A model generated the notes under the pieces. It was not told the DNA's origin, made no database searches, and was given only the letters and a program-made list of their open reading frames with translations. A stretch of 64,000 nt of DNA from Daphnia carinata (taxonomy: Eukaryota): NCBI RefSeq assembly GCF_022539665.2, contig NC_081333.1, positions 11,284,001 through 11,348,000 on the forward strand, read 5' to 3'. Made by a program: the position numbers and the translations under genes. This document shows, piece after piece, positions 61,868 through 64,000 of this stretch. How positions within the stretch are numbered: position 1 is the first letter of the stretch; each line of letters opens with the position of its first letter.

Positions 61868-64000
61868 CCGCCTTTTTTTTTATTCTTTTGTTGCGCTTTA
61901 TGATTTTTTTTTTTCGTGTTGTTCTTTTCGTTTTTGCAATTTTTTGATTTCCGTCTTAAATCAATTTCAGTCCTGGGGAATTTTTGAATACATTTTTTTT
62001 TTTTTCAAACATTCTTCCTTCGTGATTGATGGTCGGAGACGGGATTCACGCACGTTGATCGTCATTTTTTTTTGTTGCCATTTTCTCTTTTATTTTCTTT
62101 TATGCGTCGTTTCGTCCTTGTATAAAATTTAGCTATGCGCATCGATTCGAGCAATAAAACAAAACGGAAATTTCAATAAGAAAAATGTTTTAATAGAAAA
62201 AAAAGAGAAAACGAATCAAACAATTTCCCATATATAATGATGATGTAATATACTGCCTATTGATTTATAGGTTATGTGTACGTAAAAGCCATGTAGTGTT
62301 TTTGCGGTTCGGCCCCCCCCCCCCCCAAAAAAAAAAAATTATTCATAAAAGTTTATCATGATAAGCATCTTACAGACGAGGGGAGTGAAATATTTAAAAA
62401 TCGAAATCTCTTTGTTTTTTTGTTTTTATTCTTGCGTTTCTAAAATGGTTTTTATTTTTCGCGTCTTTCTCTTATTTTACGACGTGGCACACAAAACTCA
62501 ATTCCCTTTTACACATAGGTCTCGACAATAAAAATAAAGGGAAAAAAAACTTTCAATGTCCATAGCAAGTTGGGTGTGTGTGTGTGTGTGTACATTACTA
62601 GTAAAAACGTTATTGTTCGCGTGTTTCGGATGTTCCCCATACTTGTTTTACAACTAGCGCGTTATACATATTTTTTATTTGTGCTTTTCGGTCAGGACTT
62701 TGGGGCTGACATTGTACGTGTCACTATATCCCATTTCTTCCAGAGCTGCCTCATTTTTCTGTCCAGTACGGTACATATCTATAGCCATAACAAGAAACAC
62801 CTCCCAAAAAAAAAAAAAAAAAAAAAAGAAGAATCTCAATTTTCAGACCGGAGCGGCACATTAAATATCCTATTCCCATTTTCTTCTTGTTTTTGTTGGA
62901 ATATGTATTGAATAGTCCGTCTTCCCTTGGTCATTATACATTTGAGGCGGAGGGTTAGTGTCAGATAAAGACACTTCCATCAGCCAACAACTGGAGCATC
63001 GCATGGCTTAGGTTAATGGGCCCAGACCAAGTTGGACCTTATTGGTGTCTAGCTGGACAAACAGCACTTTAACGGCTCCCCCCAACACATTCGTGGGCGG
63101 CCAAGCAGATTGTTGTTGTTTTTTTGTTTGTTTTTTTTCAACTTACAACCCCAGCGCTAGTGGTATTTCAATTTCCGTCTCCATTTTCAAACGTCGTAAT
63201 GCGAACAAAAACGACGTCAGCAAAGAAATCGTGTGTCTCTTGTTTCGCCACGTTGGTGGCCCTTTGTAAAAACAAAAATTAAGGGTTCAAATCATTGCTC
63301 GTTTCGGTTCGATTACTCTGATCAGATTGAGAAGAGTTTTATTTTTCAAGGTGAGTTGAATACTTTCCGTTCCTATACAAGGAATGAAAAAAAAAACTTG
63401 ACTCACGATATTTTTGTTCCAGCGGGAGACAGGATATCAGTCGCGGGCGACGACATGAAAGAATCGACGGGATAAAAAAGCCGATGAACCTTGACAGAAT
63501 TCTTATATTTCCATCGCCGGTGGTCTCGTCCTTCCGCCATCATCATCGTCTCTTCTTTTCCACCTCGATTTCTTTTTTTCATATTTTTTTTTTTTGTTTC
63601 ATCGGAATTCGTTTGTACTGATCTGCTTTTTTCTTCCCCTGATCCACAAGATTGTGATGGTATTAGTCCCAATGTCACGACGCCTCTCTCCTTTTCGTGT
63701 CTCTTCAATCCATCGTGACTTGTGCCCGATCCATTTTTCTTCGTATTCCGAATGTGAGTGTAATCTATTTTTGTGTTGACAGTTCGGATGGCACCGAAAC
63801 AAAAAATTTCAAAGTGAAATGTTTTATCAGGGCATCCTAAAAAACGGAACGCCATTTGACCCATTTTATAAAATGACAACCACTCTGGTTTATTTCGGAA
63901 ATATTAATCGTATATCCTGCATTAGAGTTCACATTCCACGAGGCACTTGCGATTTATAGTTGATGAAGTATTCGCATTCCAAGTGATGCTTGCAACAGTC

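Overview
Eukaryotic DNA, gene-dense, with mostly 55-75 nt introns and poly-A/T-rich large introns. The style is arthropod and is consistent with a Daphnia-like crustacean (inference, not verified). In order along the window: the 3' end of an SLC13/Indy-type Na+/carboxylate transporter (+); a ~1.7 kb tandem array of ~352 bp units that appear to be built from a ~176 bp monomer in alternating orientation; a ~25 kb filamin (cheerio-like) gene (-); SLMAP (-); a spacer with a palindromic CTCF-like site and two back-to-back tRNA-like A/B-box elements; IST1 (+); Rab39 (-); a tight trio of NNMT-family methyltransferase (+), divergent 4CL/luciferase-like acyl-CoA synthetase (+) and full-length ABCB1/P-glycoprotein (-); and ~11 kb with no recognisable coding sequence. 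The filamin gene has two CH domains, about 22 Ig repeats, a 5.5 kb GC-AG intron, a 600-nt cassette exon, a candidate 15-nt microexon and an internal start for a short isoform. SLMAP has two alternative tail-anchor terminal exons. The most notable items are the dual SLMAP tail anchors, the internal filamin isoform with its own N-terminus, the possible methylate/activate/export trio, the alternating-orientation repeat array and the paired Pol III-like boxes. All gene models were spliced by hand from the sequence, with no database search.
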